Source: an uncultured Pseudomonadales bacterium (GTDB lineage Bacteria; Patescibacteriota; Microgenomatia; UBA1400; PJMF01). From it: a DNA stretch of 64,000 nucleotides. Shown here in pieces: positions 1 to 8,502 of this stretch (position 1 is the stretch's first letter; the number at the start of each line of letters is the position of its first letter). Both the position numbers and the translations under genes were made by a program. The notes under the pieces were generated by a model. It had not been told where the DNA came from. It searched no databases and was given only the letters and a program-made list of their open reading frames with translations. The stretch is taken from contig CAZPQG010000005.1 in the NCBI GenBank assembly GCA_964588685.1, positions 5,916 through 69,915 of the forward strand. The letters are read 5' to 3'.

Positions 1-436
1 CAGTAAATTTTTTATTTTGTGTAGTTAATTGTTTATTTTTAATGATTTGATATTCAAGTTCAACCCAAGTCCAGCGCGGTACCGGGCCGTAAACATTGGG
101 AATTGACAAACAGCCTTCGTAATCCGGTTCGTCTGGGTCTGTGCCAAAAGTTTTGTCACTGCTGTGGGCTTTAATAGTCGGATTGAGCAAGATTTTAGCT
201 TCTCGACTTTCTTTTTTAAAATTTTCTGCAGTAATTTTATCAGGCTTAAAAGCAAAGGCTTGCAGTGATTTATTAATTTGAGGGAAAGCTAAACCTACAC
301 CTTGCGGGTCTTGTTCGTAGTCAAGAGCTGTGATTAACAATTTAATATTGTCAAGCAGTTTTTTGTCAACTTTTTTTATTGGTTGAGCTTTTTTTCTCAA
401 GGTGGGATGGGGGGCGGTGATAATAGGATTGCTCAT
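1..436 (-). CDS. def: Peptide deformylase, N-terminal part. The gene runs off the window start, and the HExxH motif would lie beyond position 1.
   Basis: Minus-strand ATG at 436..434. I translated it by hand as MSNPIITAPHPTLRKKAQPIKKVD...GVGLAFPQI...EGCLSIP with no stop codon down to position 2. GVGLAxPQI matches PDF motif 1 and EGCLS matches motif 2. It is absent from the ORF track because it is truncated. Confidence 0.75.
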   Translation of the reverse strand, partial: MSNPIITAPHPTLRKKAQPIKKVDKKLLDNIKLLITALDYEQDPQGVGLAFPQINKSLQAFAFKPDKITAENFKKESREAKILLNPTIKAHSSDKTFGTDPDEPDYEGCLSIPNVYGPVPRWTWVELEYQIIKNKQLTTQNKKFT

Positions 437-587
437 GGTTGTGTTTAAGGCAGTTGATATTGCTGATTTTTATGCGTTTGATATTTAGTTGCTGATAGTT
501 GCTAGTTAATTTAGTTGCTAGTTAATATTGCCGGCGATTTTATTTTACTATTTTTATTTTAGGTTAAACTGAAACGAATATTATACC

Positions 588-1337
588 TTAAAGCTTAACT
601 TTAATCGGGTAAGAGGCCAGCTGAATTGCTTGCTGCTTGATAGTGGACGGCTTGATTGCGGGCAACTCATTTGAGGTTTGGGCATTAAGCTGTTGTTCGA
701 GTTTTAAAGCAGCTTGCTGCCGTTGCTCAAAGATGGTTTTGTTTTTCCAAGTGTTGTCTTGCGCTTGATATCGATTTTTTAAATCAAGCACTCTGGTTTT
801 TACAGAACTTAAGCCTTGAGGCGTAAAGCGTAAATCGCAGTAATGAATAATTTTTTTCTGCCACTTATTATCTTGAAGTAAAAGCTGTTTTAGTTGGTCA
901 AATGTATGATTATTTAATAACTCGGCGCAAGAATTAAGACCCAGCTGTTGTAAAATTGTTAAATTGGCCTGAGCAGCACTCGAATTGTATCGAGCTTTCA
1001 TTTGTGTTTGCTTTTTACGCCACCAGTTGCGCTGATGATGTTGCTGAATATCAAGCGGCAGTGTGCGGGCGGTTAATTCCAGACCGGCGGTAAGATCGAA
1101 TTTAATTAAATTAGCTACATCATGGAGCAGCAAAGTGGTAATAATTAAGGGCGGTTTAATTGCGCTCGCCTGGCCGGTCCAGTGTTGGCAGATAATTTGG
1201 CCCATAGCTGCGGTTAGCAGCATATGTTCTGCCAGATTGTCAGGCACAGGGCAGCGGCCGTAAAGTTGCTGAATAGTTAAAGTCTGCATGTTAATAAATT
1301 GATAAACAATAGCCGGCTGGGAGCAGTGAACAGTCAA
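588..1337 (-). CDS. HD-domain phosphohydrolase-like protein. The start is probably a later Met (MQTLTIQQ...).
   Basis: H...(LLLHD) arrangement: AEHMLL...LLLHDVANLIKFD, with a later His/Asp (IIHYCDLRF). There is no other recognisable motif, so this is a family-level guess only. Confidence 0.35.
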   Translation of the reverse strand: MTVHCSQPAIVYQFINMQTLTIQQLYGRCPVPDNLAEHMLLTAAMGQIICQHWTGQASAIKPPLIITTLLLHDVANLIKFDLTAGLELTARTLPLDIQQHHQRNWWRKKQTQMKARYNSSAAQANLTILQQLGLNSCAELLNNHTFDQLKQLLLQDNKWQKKIIHYCDLRFTPQGLSSVKTRVLDLKNRYQAQDNTWKNKTIFEQRQQAALKLEQQLNAQTSNELPAIKPSTIKQQAIQLASYPIKVKL

Positions 1338-1366
1338 TTACTAATCAAGCTTGCCAGTTTCAACTG

Positions 1367-3619
1367 TTAATTAAGCTCACCCTCTCTAGCTTTTATTTTT
1401 GATTGTAAATTTTCTATTCTTTCTTTTAGAGCATGGTCGTTGGGTAGTAAATTGCGCAAGTTATATTGATACTGTTCTAAAGCCTGGGTGTAATTACCAC
1501 TGTGTTCGTAAATTAAACCTAATTGGTGGCGCGCTTGATGATAATCAGGCTTCATGATAATAGCCTGCTTAATAGTGTCAATGGCTTGCTCTTGTTTGCC
1601 CATCCTGTATTCAATTAAGCCCTGTTGATAAACTAATTTTGGGTCAGTTGGAGCTTTATTTTGAGCCTTTAGTAATATTTTTCGAGAAGTTTCTAAATGT
1701 TGTTCATCAATAACAGCCAGTCGAGAATAAATGGCTGATTGACTTTTATAAAAATTTAAATGATGAGGGTTTAGCTCCAGTGTTTGTTCAGCTGCGGCTT
1801 TAGTTAGAGCAGTATATTGCTGCGCTGCTTCTGGTTTTCCTTCTTCAAAAAGGTTGACTGCGGCTTGGGCGTAGCCGTCAGCTAACTCATCATAAAATAA
1901 TGCTTCTTGCGGGGCAAGCAATACAGCTCGCTGTAAATCGGCAATGCCTTGGGAGTAATTGTGTTTAGCTAACTGCTGTTTGCCTTTAAAATGCAGATGA
2001 TCAGCATGCCAAATGGCTGTCAGCCGCATCAATAAATAAAAAGCGATTAAGCCTAACCAAAATAAGGTAATAATTTGGAAAAAAGATAGTTTTTTGCCGG
2101 AGTTTGCAGCTTGAGTTGAAGTAGTAAAAGAGCTGCTGCCGGCTGCTGCCTGATTTAAACTTAAATAAGACATGAAAAATACCCAAAGCACAGATACCAT
2201 GACTGTAGAAAACCCTAAAATGTTGGTGATATTGAAGCCCACTAGGCTGGCGCCAAGGCTGAGTATCAGCTGCTGTTGAGCGGAAAAATTATTGGATTGT
2301 TGATGCGGCTGTTTTGTTAAAGTCGGCCAAAGCGCTTTTGCCGTCAAGTAAAAACAGCTGCCCATCAGGAAAAGATAGGTGCTCAAACCCACAATGCCGG
2401 TGGTAGCAAGTAAGTTTAAAAGTTCGTTGTGAGCTTTATTATATAAAAAATCCCACTCTGATACCAAGTTGTGTTCTTGAGGTCGATCAAGATAATAAGT
2501 ATAAGCAAATGTTTCAGGGCCGGAGCCTAGCCAGGGATAGCGTTGCCAGATTTTTAAAGCTCCTTGCCAAACAATTAACCTAATTTTTTCTGAAGGAGTG
2601 ATGGTGATGCCGGCTTGCTGATTTTTATTTGATTCAGACCGCGGCGGTATTGGGTCTTCTGTTGTAGAATCAGGTCTCCAAATAGGCAAAAGCCGGCCTA
2701 AAGAGTGGGTAAAATCAGTGCCGACTACGACAGTTAGGCCGGCTATTAATAAGATTAATGACACCATAGCTTTTTTACTTGCAGTTTGGAGTTTGAATTT
2801 CTTTTCAAGCATAGTTTTGAGAGTGGAGCCGCTTTTAACAAGGCAGCCCAGCATTAACATTAAGCTGACAGCAATTGCCAGCAAAGCTGATCTTGATTGA
2901 GTAAAGAGGAGAGCCAGAAAAATTGCCAAACTGCCCAACAGCCAGCGCTGTCGGAGTAAATTGAAAAGGGTTGATTGATTAAAATTGGTTTTTGGTGTTA
3001 AAACAGTGTGCAGATGAAAGCTAATTCCTAGAGGTAAAAGCATGGCTAAATATGCTCCAAGCCAATTAGGCTGGCCAAAAGTAGCAAAAACTCTGTGCCG
3101 CACGTCTTGCATCCAGCAATTGTCATTGAAGCGTCCACTAATGATAAAACAGCTGGGCGACATACCTAGTTTTTCGGGAATGGCGTATAAACTGACGCCG
3201 ATACCGGCTAAAACGGCTGTTTTGAGTAAGGTTAATACTTGATTTTTATTAAAATTGCTGACAAAAGCCCAATAGAGCAGGGCGTAAGAGAGAGTTGAAA
3301 GCAGCCCGCCGTGAAAGCGGGAATAGTACCCGAAAATTGAGGTATAAGGATGCAGAGAAAAAAAAGTAGCTAACATATTGCTGAGTAAAAAGGCCAGCCA
3401 AGCCCAATCAAGGAAAGTGTGTTTAAAAATAATTTTTTTAGCAGTGATCATGCGTCCAATCCAGGCAGTGGTAATCACAATTGTTATGCCATAAACAAAC
3501 AGCATTTTATTAAACTCAAAAAGCTCCACATTAAACCAGGTAAATAAAAAGGGTGTGACAGCCAAGAGTAAGTTGGCGCCTAAAAAGATGGTTTTTTTAA
3601 AAAATTTATTTAAAAACAT
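1367..3619 (-). CDS. Polytopic membrane protein with an O-antigen ligase/polymerase-like (Wzy_C/WaaL-like) core and a C-terminal TPR repeat domain.
   Basis: Many predicted TM helices. QPNWLGAYLAMLLPLGISF-type segment as in O-antigen ligase family proteins. The C-terminal roughly 230 aa show TPR-like repeats (ALFYDELADGYAQA; HQLGLIYEHSGNYTQALEQY). Confidence 0.55.
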   Translation of the reverse strand: MFLNKFFKKTIFLGANLLLAVTPFLFTWFNVELFEFNKMLFVYGITIVITTAWIGRMITAKKIIFKHTFLDWAWLAFLLSNMLATFFSLHPYTSIFGYYSRFHGGLLSTLSYALLYWAFVSNFNKNQVLTLLKTAVLAGIGVSLYAIPEKLGMSPSCFIISGRFNDNCWMQDVRHRVFATFGQPNWLGAYLAMLLPLGISFHLHTVLTPKTNFNQSTLFNLLRQRWLLGSLAIFLALLFTQSRSALLAIAVSLMLMLGCLVKSGSTLKTMLEKKFKLQTASKKAMVSLILLIAGLTVVVGTDFTHSLGRLLPIWRPDSTTEDPIPPRSESNKNQQAGITITPSEKIRLIVWQGALKIWQRYPWLGSGPETFAYTYYLDRPQEHNLVSEWDFLYNKAHNELLNLLATTGIVGLSTYLFLMGSCFYLTAKALWPTLTKQPHQQSNNFSAQQQLILSLGASLVGFNITNILGFSTVMVSVLWVFFMSYLSLNQAAAGSSSFTTSTQAANSGKKLSFFQIITLFWLGLIAFYLLMRLTAIWHADHLHFKGKQQLAKHNYSQGIADLQRAVLLAPQEALFYDELADGYAQAAVNLFEEGKPEAAQQYTALTKAAAEQTLELNPHHLNFYKSQSAIYSRLAVIDEQHLETSRKILLKAQNKAPTDPKLVYQQGLIEYRMGKQEQAIDTIKQAIIMKPDYHQARHQLGLIYEHSGNYTQALEQYQYNLRNLLPNDHALKERIENLQSKIKAREGELN

Positions 3620-3667
3620 ATTAAAAATAAGGTGATTTAAAATCGGTTGGATAATGCAGTATTAAAT

Positions 3668-4077
3668 TTAATTCTGATTATACCCCGCAGCTTGCTACGG
3701 GGAACAAATCAGAATGGGGTGTAGACTAATTAGGTAATAAAGTTTTTTGCTTATTATTAATTATATTATTTAAAGTTTATTCTAAATCTTTTGTTTATTT
3801 TCTGTGTTGCCTTCTCCTTAAGTGCTTGAGTGCAACACTAGTGTCGTCAGCGCCTTGAAAATAAAACAAAATCTTTATGAAATCAATGCAACTTTATTAC
3901 CCGATTAGTCTATTCAAGGGGGAATCCCCCTTGGTGTGACTGGGGGTTTAATACCCCTAGTCACAGGGGAGCAGGCTTTGTTCTTGCAAAGCAAGACAAA
4001 ACGCTGAGGGCCCTCCCTCAGAATTTATTATACTCTGATCATTGTTGAGCCCATAAAGAATCTATTTTAACAGGCGG
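3668..4077. repeat. Structured, hairpin-dense intergenic element (copy A, full length). A 23-bp module TTAATTCTGATTATACCCCGCAG sits at 3668-3690. A 34-bp module AAAACGCTGAGGGCCCTCCCTCAGAATTTATTA sits at 3997-4030, and TTAACAGGCGG follows at about 4067-4077. Both modules recur at 63845-63951.
   Basis: The same modules occur at both loci, seen directly in the sequence. Between the modules copy A carries at least four strong hairpins: CCAAGGGGGAATCCCCCTTGG, GTGACTGGGG..CCCCTAGTCAC, TTTGTTCTTGCAAAGCAAGACAAA and CTGAGGGCCCTCCCTCAG. The inverted repeat ATTCTGATT/AATCAGAAT lies at 3671-3716. Confidence 0.55.
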
Positions 4078-4227
4078 ACAAGTAGTTAATGTTATTGATT
4101 GTTATAGTTATAGAATTTATGTAATATTTTGCTGCGTCAATGTTTACTATGGCTGTTTCATTAACTGATTTTTGTTGTTATTATTAAAGATAATACTATT
4201 ACTATTTATTAACTTATATTACTGCCT

Positions 4228-5709
4228 ATGCACGTACAAAAAAAGCAAAATCAACAGATGAATGATAATCAAACACAAAACCAGCCAGTACAGCCCGGCC
4301 AGCCCGGCCAACCTGCTCAACCCGGCCAGGCTAAGCAAGCCAACCAACAAGCTCAACCCGGACAAGCAATTCAAACTGAGTCAACAAAAAAAATAACTAA
4401 GCCAAAGCAAAATCAACCGGCTCAGCAGGCGCAATCCAAACAACAGGCCCAACCGGCACAACCTAAACAACCGGCGCAGCCTAAACAAGCCAAAGCACCG
4501 GCCAAACCCAAACAGCCTGCCCAACCTGCGCAGCAACAGCAGGCTGAAAAAACACCACAGCAAGCTGCCAATACACAGCCCGAGCAAAAACAGCAGGAGG
4601 CTTCAGGCAGTCAACAAGCACAACAGGCCGCTGATAACACTGATTATGTTAAATCGTATAATCCACCTGATACAGATAAAGACTCAACTGCTCACAAACA
4701 AACAAAGCAATCAACCGAGGATGACCAGCAAGCAGGGCAGCAACCGGGCAATGACCAACAGCCTGCACAGCAAAATGAGGATCAACAGTCATCAAAGCAA
4801 AAGACTGACCAGCAGCAGAAAAAAGCTGATTTTGAAGAAGTTGATAAAAAATTAGAAGAGGAAATTCAACGCCTTGAAGAAATGGTAAATAAATTTTCCG
4901 GGGAAGCTCCAAAAGCAAAAGCTCCGGAAGAATCAGCTGAGACAGCTAACGCAGGCGAGGTAGCCGGTCAAGCTGGTAAAGGACAGGAGAAAAGCGACCA
5001 GTCAAAATCAGCCGCAGCCCAACCAAAACAACCAGGCCAGCCTGCCCAACCAAAGCAGCCCGGCCAACCTGTGCAACCAAAACAACCAGGCCAGCCCGCA
5101 CAGCCACAGCAGGCTGAAAAAACACAGCAGCAGACATCACAACAGCAGGCATCTCCCTCTGAAGCAGCTCAAACTGATCAGGATCAGACTACTCAAGCTC
5201 AAACAGCACAAGCTCAAACTTCCGGTAGTGAACAGGCAGATTCTGTTCTTCCTAACTCTGAAAAGCTTATTGATCAAAACATTTTTTATTTACTAGGTAT
5301 TCAAAATAATGATCAGCGAGAAAAAGACGATTTTTTAGGTGACCTGCAGGAGATTATTTGGGAGGATTTCTTGGAAAATGATTTGCCGGCCATGATTGAT
5401 GATGACAAGCGAGCTGAAGTTGATAAAATTTTGCAAAATGATCAAGCCGATAATTGGCAAAAACAAGAGCAAGTTTTATCTTTTTTGGAAAGAGAAATGT
5501 CAGATCTGGAACAGGTGATGGAGAAAAAGGCGTTGGTCTTTAAGCAAAAATTAGTAGAGCAAAGAATTGAAGATATGAAAGAGCAATTTGCTCAGAATAA
5601 TGATGTTTTGCAAAAGATCAAGCAAGCAGAGGTAGAGATCGGCCAAGGGAATTGGAAGTCAGGCTCAATTTTGTTAAATGAAGCCGCTGCCATGGCAGCG
5701 GAGGGCTAA
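4228..5709 (+). CDS. Large low-complexity Q/P/A/K-rich protein (predicted intrinsically disordered) with internal PKQPGQPAQ-type repeats and a C-terminal coiled-coil/acidic domain. Function unknown.
   Basis: The protein is 493 aa. QPGQPAQP / KQPAQPKQ repeat blocks occur at about aa 20-110 and aa 265-300. There is no signal peptide or TM segment. The C-terminal 150 aa are non-repetitive. The gene lies immediately upstream of the mreB-like gene. Confidence 0.45.
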   Translation: MHVQKKQNQQMNDNQTQNQPVQPGQPGQPAQPGQAKQANQQAQPGQAIQTESTKKITKPKQNQPAQQAQSKQQAQPAQPKQPAQPKQAKAPAKPKQPAQPAQQQQAEKTPQQAANTQPEQKQQEASGSQQAQQAADNTDYVKSYNPPDTDKDSTAHKQTKQSTEDDQQAGQQPGNDQQPAQQNEDQQSSKQKTDQQQKKADFEEVDKKLEEEIQRLEEMVNKFSGEAPKAKAPEESAETANAGEVAGQAGKGQEKSDQSKSAAAQPKQPGQPAQPKQPGQPVQPKQPGQPAQPQQAEKTQQQTSQQQASPSEAAQTDQDQTTQAQTAQAQTSGSEQADSVLPNSEKLIDQNIFYLLGIQNNDQREKDDFLGDLQEIIWEDFLENDLPAMIDDDKRAEVDKILQNDQADNWQKQEQVLSFLEREMSDLEQVMEKKALVFKQKLVEQRIEDMKEQFAQNNDVLQKIKQAEVEIGQGNWKSGSILLNEAAAMAAEG

Positions 5710-5737
5710 AACTGAAAATATTAGTTAAGATATTTGC

Positions 5738-5766
5738 TAAACCCGGGTTTCAGCCCGGGTTTCATT
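5738..5766 (+). terminator. Candidate intrinsic terminator downstream of the 4228..5709 CDS.
   Basis: AAACCCGGG-TTTCAG-CCCGGGTTT forms a perfect 9-bp GC-rich stem followed by TTCATTC. Confidence 0.4.
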
Positions 5767-5837
5767 CACTCTAGTTAAGACTATTAATAAATATAGTACA
5801 ATAGTTAAACTTTAGATAAAGTAAACACCAGCCGACC

Positions 5838-7040
5838 ATGTTTAACATCACTCAATCTTTAGCTGCAGTTAAAAAAAATTTAAAGCTTAGTAAAATAAGA
5901 TGCGCTTTTGATATTGGGAGTTTTTGCACTAGAGTAATGGTGAACGATCAATTAGCACTTAATCAGCCCAGTTGTTTTTTGTTTAACTACAGTGATCAAA
6001 GAGTGCTGTCATGGGGTGATGAAGCCATCCCAATGTTTGGTCGAGAGCCGTCTGGAACTGAAGTGGTTTTTCCTATTATGCAGGGTGTGGTTTATGATCA
6101 AGACCAGTTTGAATTATTTTTAAAAGCAATAGTCGATACACTTAAACAAGAGCTTGACTGGGCTTGGTTGTCAAGAGCAGAAGCAGCTTACGCTCTCCCA
6201 GCTAATGCTACAGAGCTTGATAAAGATATTATCAAGCAAAGTTTAACTCAAACTGGGTTTAATAAAATCAGTTTAATAAATCGAGCTTCGGCTGTAATGG
6301 CCAGCCTGCATCAAGCTCGAAGCAGTGCGGCTCCGGACGCTTCAATCGAGAGTCAGATTGTGGTGATTGATTTAGGTGATGAGACAACAGAAGTGGTGAT
6401 TGGCAGCGGCGGCAGGGTGAATTTTGCTCAAACTATTCCCAGCGGAGGAAAAAAAATTACAGCGGCCATCAGCAATAAGTTAAAACAAGAACATAATTTG
6501 GTGATTAGTGAGCAGCAGGCACTTAAAATTAAACATAATTTTTATCAGAGTTTGAGCGGGCACGAATTGACTCTTGTCCAGCAGAAGGCGGTTCCAAATA
6601 ATCAGACGCAGGCCGCTGCTCCCTTTTCTCAGGAAAATGATGGAGCTCACGCAAATAGTGATGCTAATCGTAAAGCTGATCATGATGCTGCAGCTGATAT
6701 CATGCAAAAAAATCAAAGCCATAAGCTTAACATCAGAGGTATTAATGCCGCTGACTATATGATTGAAACCAAAACAATTGAGGTAGATGAGCTGAAAGCA
6801 GTGATAGAGCAGGAGCTGGAGCAATTAATGCGTCATATTAAGCAAGTATTAAGTTTAGCTAAATCAGAACAGTTGGTTGCAGCTTTGGGCAACGGAATAA
6901 TTTTAACCGGCGGCGGTAGCAAATTGTGGGATATTGATGACTATTTTTCAATGCAGCTGCAGGCGAATACTGTTAAGTCCAAGCAACCTTTTTTAGACGT
7001 AGTACAGGGGGTAAGTTTAAAAACGGCAGCTGATAAATAA
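5838..7040 (+). CDS. mreB: Divergent actin-like rod-shape protein MreB, with an insertion of about 90 aa.
   Basis: [13 protein letters not shown] resembles the MreB phosphate-1 segment [36 protein letters not shown] resembles [48 protein letters not shown] matches phosphate-2 [20 protein letters not shown] matches VLTGGGALL. The gene is followed by mreC, mreD and mrdA. An extra Q/A/D-rich segment lies at about aa 235-320. Confidence 0.65.
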   Translation: [400 protein letters not shown]

Positions 7041-7184
7041 GATTAAGCAAAAGATGTTAAGAAAATTTTTAAAAAAATGGCGATATAAGTTTTTGGTAGC
7101 AGTTTTTAAGAATGCCTTGAGCAGCTAATTTTCTAAGCAGCTCTAAGCAACCGGTTTTGAATTATTAACTGAATTTTTAGTGAT

Positions 7185-7988
7185 ATGATTTTTTCTTTAG
7201 TGCCAATCTCACTTCAAGATAAAGTTAAAAAACCACTCATATTAATAGTGTTTGTATTGCTGCTGGCTTTTTTTGAGATGCTGGGGATAACCCGGCCTAT
7301 TATTCAAGCCGGCCAAACAAGCTTAACACCTTTGCTGCAGTTTAATGTTAGGCTGGTGGGCAGTTTTTATCAATTTTTTGAGGAAGCAAAAGGCTGGCGC
7401 AGTACAGCGCGCCGGGTGCGTGATTTAGAAATAAAATTAGCTCAGACTTCAGCCCAGTTAGGTGAGTTGCAGCAGCTGCGCCAGGAAAATCAACAGCTGC
7501 GAGAATTGTTGCAAACTGTTGGTCCGGCAAGCAGCGAAGTGTTGATTACCAGGCCGATTTTATCCATTGCTCAGCCGGCAGTGGGCTTACCGGCAGCTGC
7601 AGAGGATGAGCTGAAAGTACAGCCTGGTTTGGCTGTTTTGGTTGAAGAAACACTGGTGGGAGTAGTGAGCCGGGTGCAAAATAATGTGGCTTATGTCGGC
7701 TTATTGTGGCAGAAAGACAGTCCTTTTGTTTTGGCGCAAACTGAAACCGGAGTAAATGGTTTACTGGCTGGTGACGGCAGAAGAGTGCTGCTGACTGAAA
7801 TCCCGGTTGATGAACAAGTTGTAGTAGGTGATCGAGTGACAACAACCGGTCAAGAGGGCATTGCCCAAGGTTTATTTGTTGGCGAGGTACGCAGTATTCA
7901 AAGCGGTGATACGTCAGCTGTTAAAACAGCAGTAATTGAGCAATATGTTTCTTTTTATGAGTCCGGATTAGTCGAAATTAAATTGTAA
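7185..7988 (+). CDS. mreC: Rod shape-determining protein MreC.
   Basis: N-terminal TM segment, a coiled-coil (LEIKLAQTSAQLGELQQLRQENQQLRELL), then a beta-rich domain (LVGVVSRVQNNVAYVGLL...). The position between mreB and mreD/mrdA fits. Confidence 0.7.
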   Translation: MIFSLVPISLQDKVKKPLILIVFVLLLAFFEMLGITRPIIQAGQTSLTPLLQFNVRLVGSFYQFFEEAKGWRSTARRVRDLEIKLAQTSAQLGELQQLRQENQQLRELLQTVGPASSEVLITRPILSIAQPAVGLPAAAEDELKVQPGLAVLVEETLVGVVSRVQNNVAYVGLLWQKDSPFVLAQTETGVNGLLAGDGRRVLLTEIPVDEQVVVGDRVTTTGQEGIAQGLFVGEVRSIQSGDTSAVKTAVIEQYVSFYESGLVEIKL

Positions 7989-8034
7989 GAGCCGGATAAA
8001 AAGCAAAATTAAGCATCCGTTAAAATCTAAAAAC

Positions 8035-8490
8035 ATGAAATTAAAAAAAGTTGCCGTTGCTTTGTTAAAGATAATTGGCTTGGTCTTGTTGATTAGTGTA
8101 GAGAGAGTAATTTATCTGCCGTTTTTATTTATTTTGTTTGGCTTGGTTTGGTTGGATCAAGTAGAAGACTCATTTTATGCTTATCTATTGTTGCTGCTTT
8201 TTTTAAGTTTTGTGTTAGCTGCTACCTACAACGTGCTGTGGCCGGTTAGTTTTTTGGTCTGGGCTGTAACTAGTTTATTAACTTCACTGACTACTGATGT
8301 TATTAAAAGTAAAAATAAAAGATTTTTTATAATGACAATAGCGCAGGTAATATTTTGGTTATGGAGAACGCAAATAGTGTTGACTTATTTGAGTTTAATT
8401 CAGTTTATTGTTAGTTATTTAGTAGTATTGCTGTGGATGAGGCTGCTACAGCCCAAGTTTAACAAACAAACTGTGAAACACACAATTTAA
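8035..8490 (+). CDS. mreD: Putative MreD (small polytopic membrane protein).
   Basis: 151 aa with about five TM helices. It lies between mreC and the PBP2 gene. The call rests on position and topology only. Confidence 0.45.
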   Translation: MKLKKVAVALLKIIGLVLLISVERVIYLPFLFILFGLVWLDQVEDSFYAYLLLLLFLSFVLAATYNVLWPVSFLVWAVTSLLTSLTTDVIKSKNKRFFIMTIAQVIFWLWRTQIVLTYLSLIQFIVSYLVVLLWMRLLQPKFNKQTVKHTI

Positions 8491-8502
8491 GATAAGATAA
8501 CT

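Noticed and set aside
3668-4077. Is the hairpin-rich element a tmRNA, RNase P RNA, SRP RNA or tRNA-like gene?
   Set aside because: I could not find the tmRNA tRNA-like ends or a tag-peptide reading frame. The RNase P conserved AAAGUCCGG and ACAGAA..CCGGCUUA blocks are absent. The SRP GGAA-tetraloop domain IV is absent. This rests on reading both strands by eye, so an Rfam/Infernal scan is still needed.
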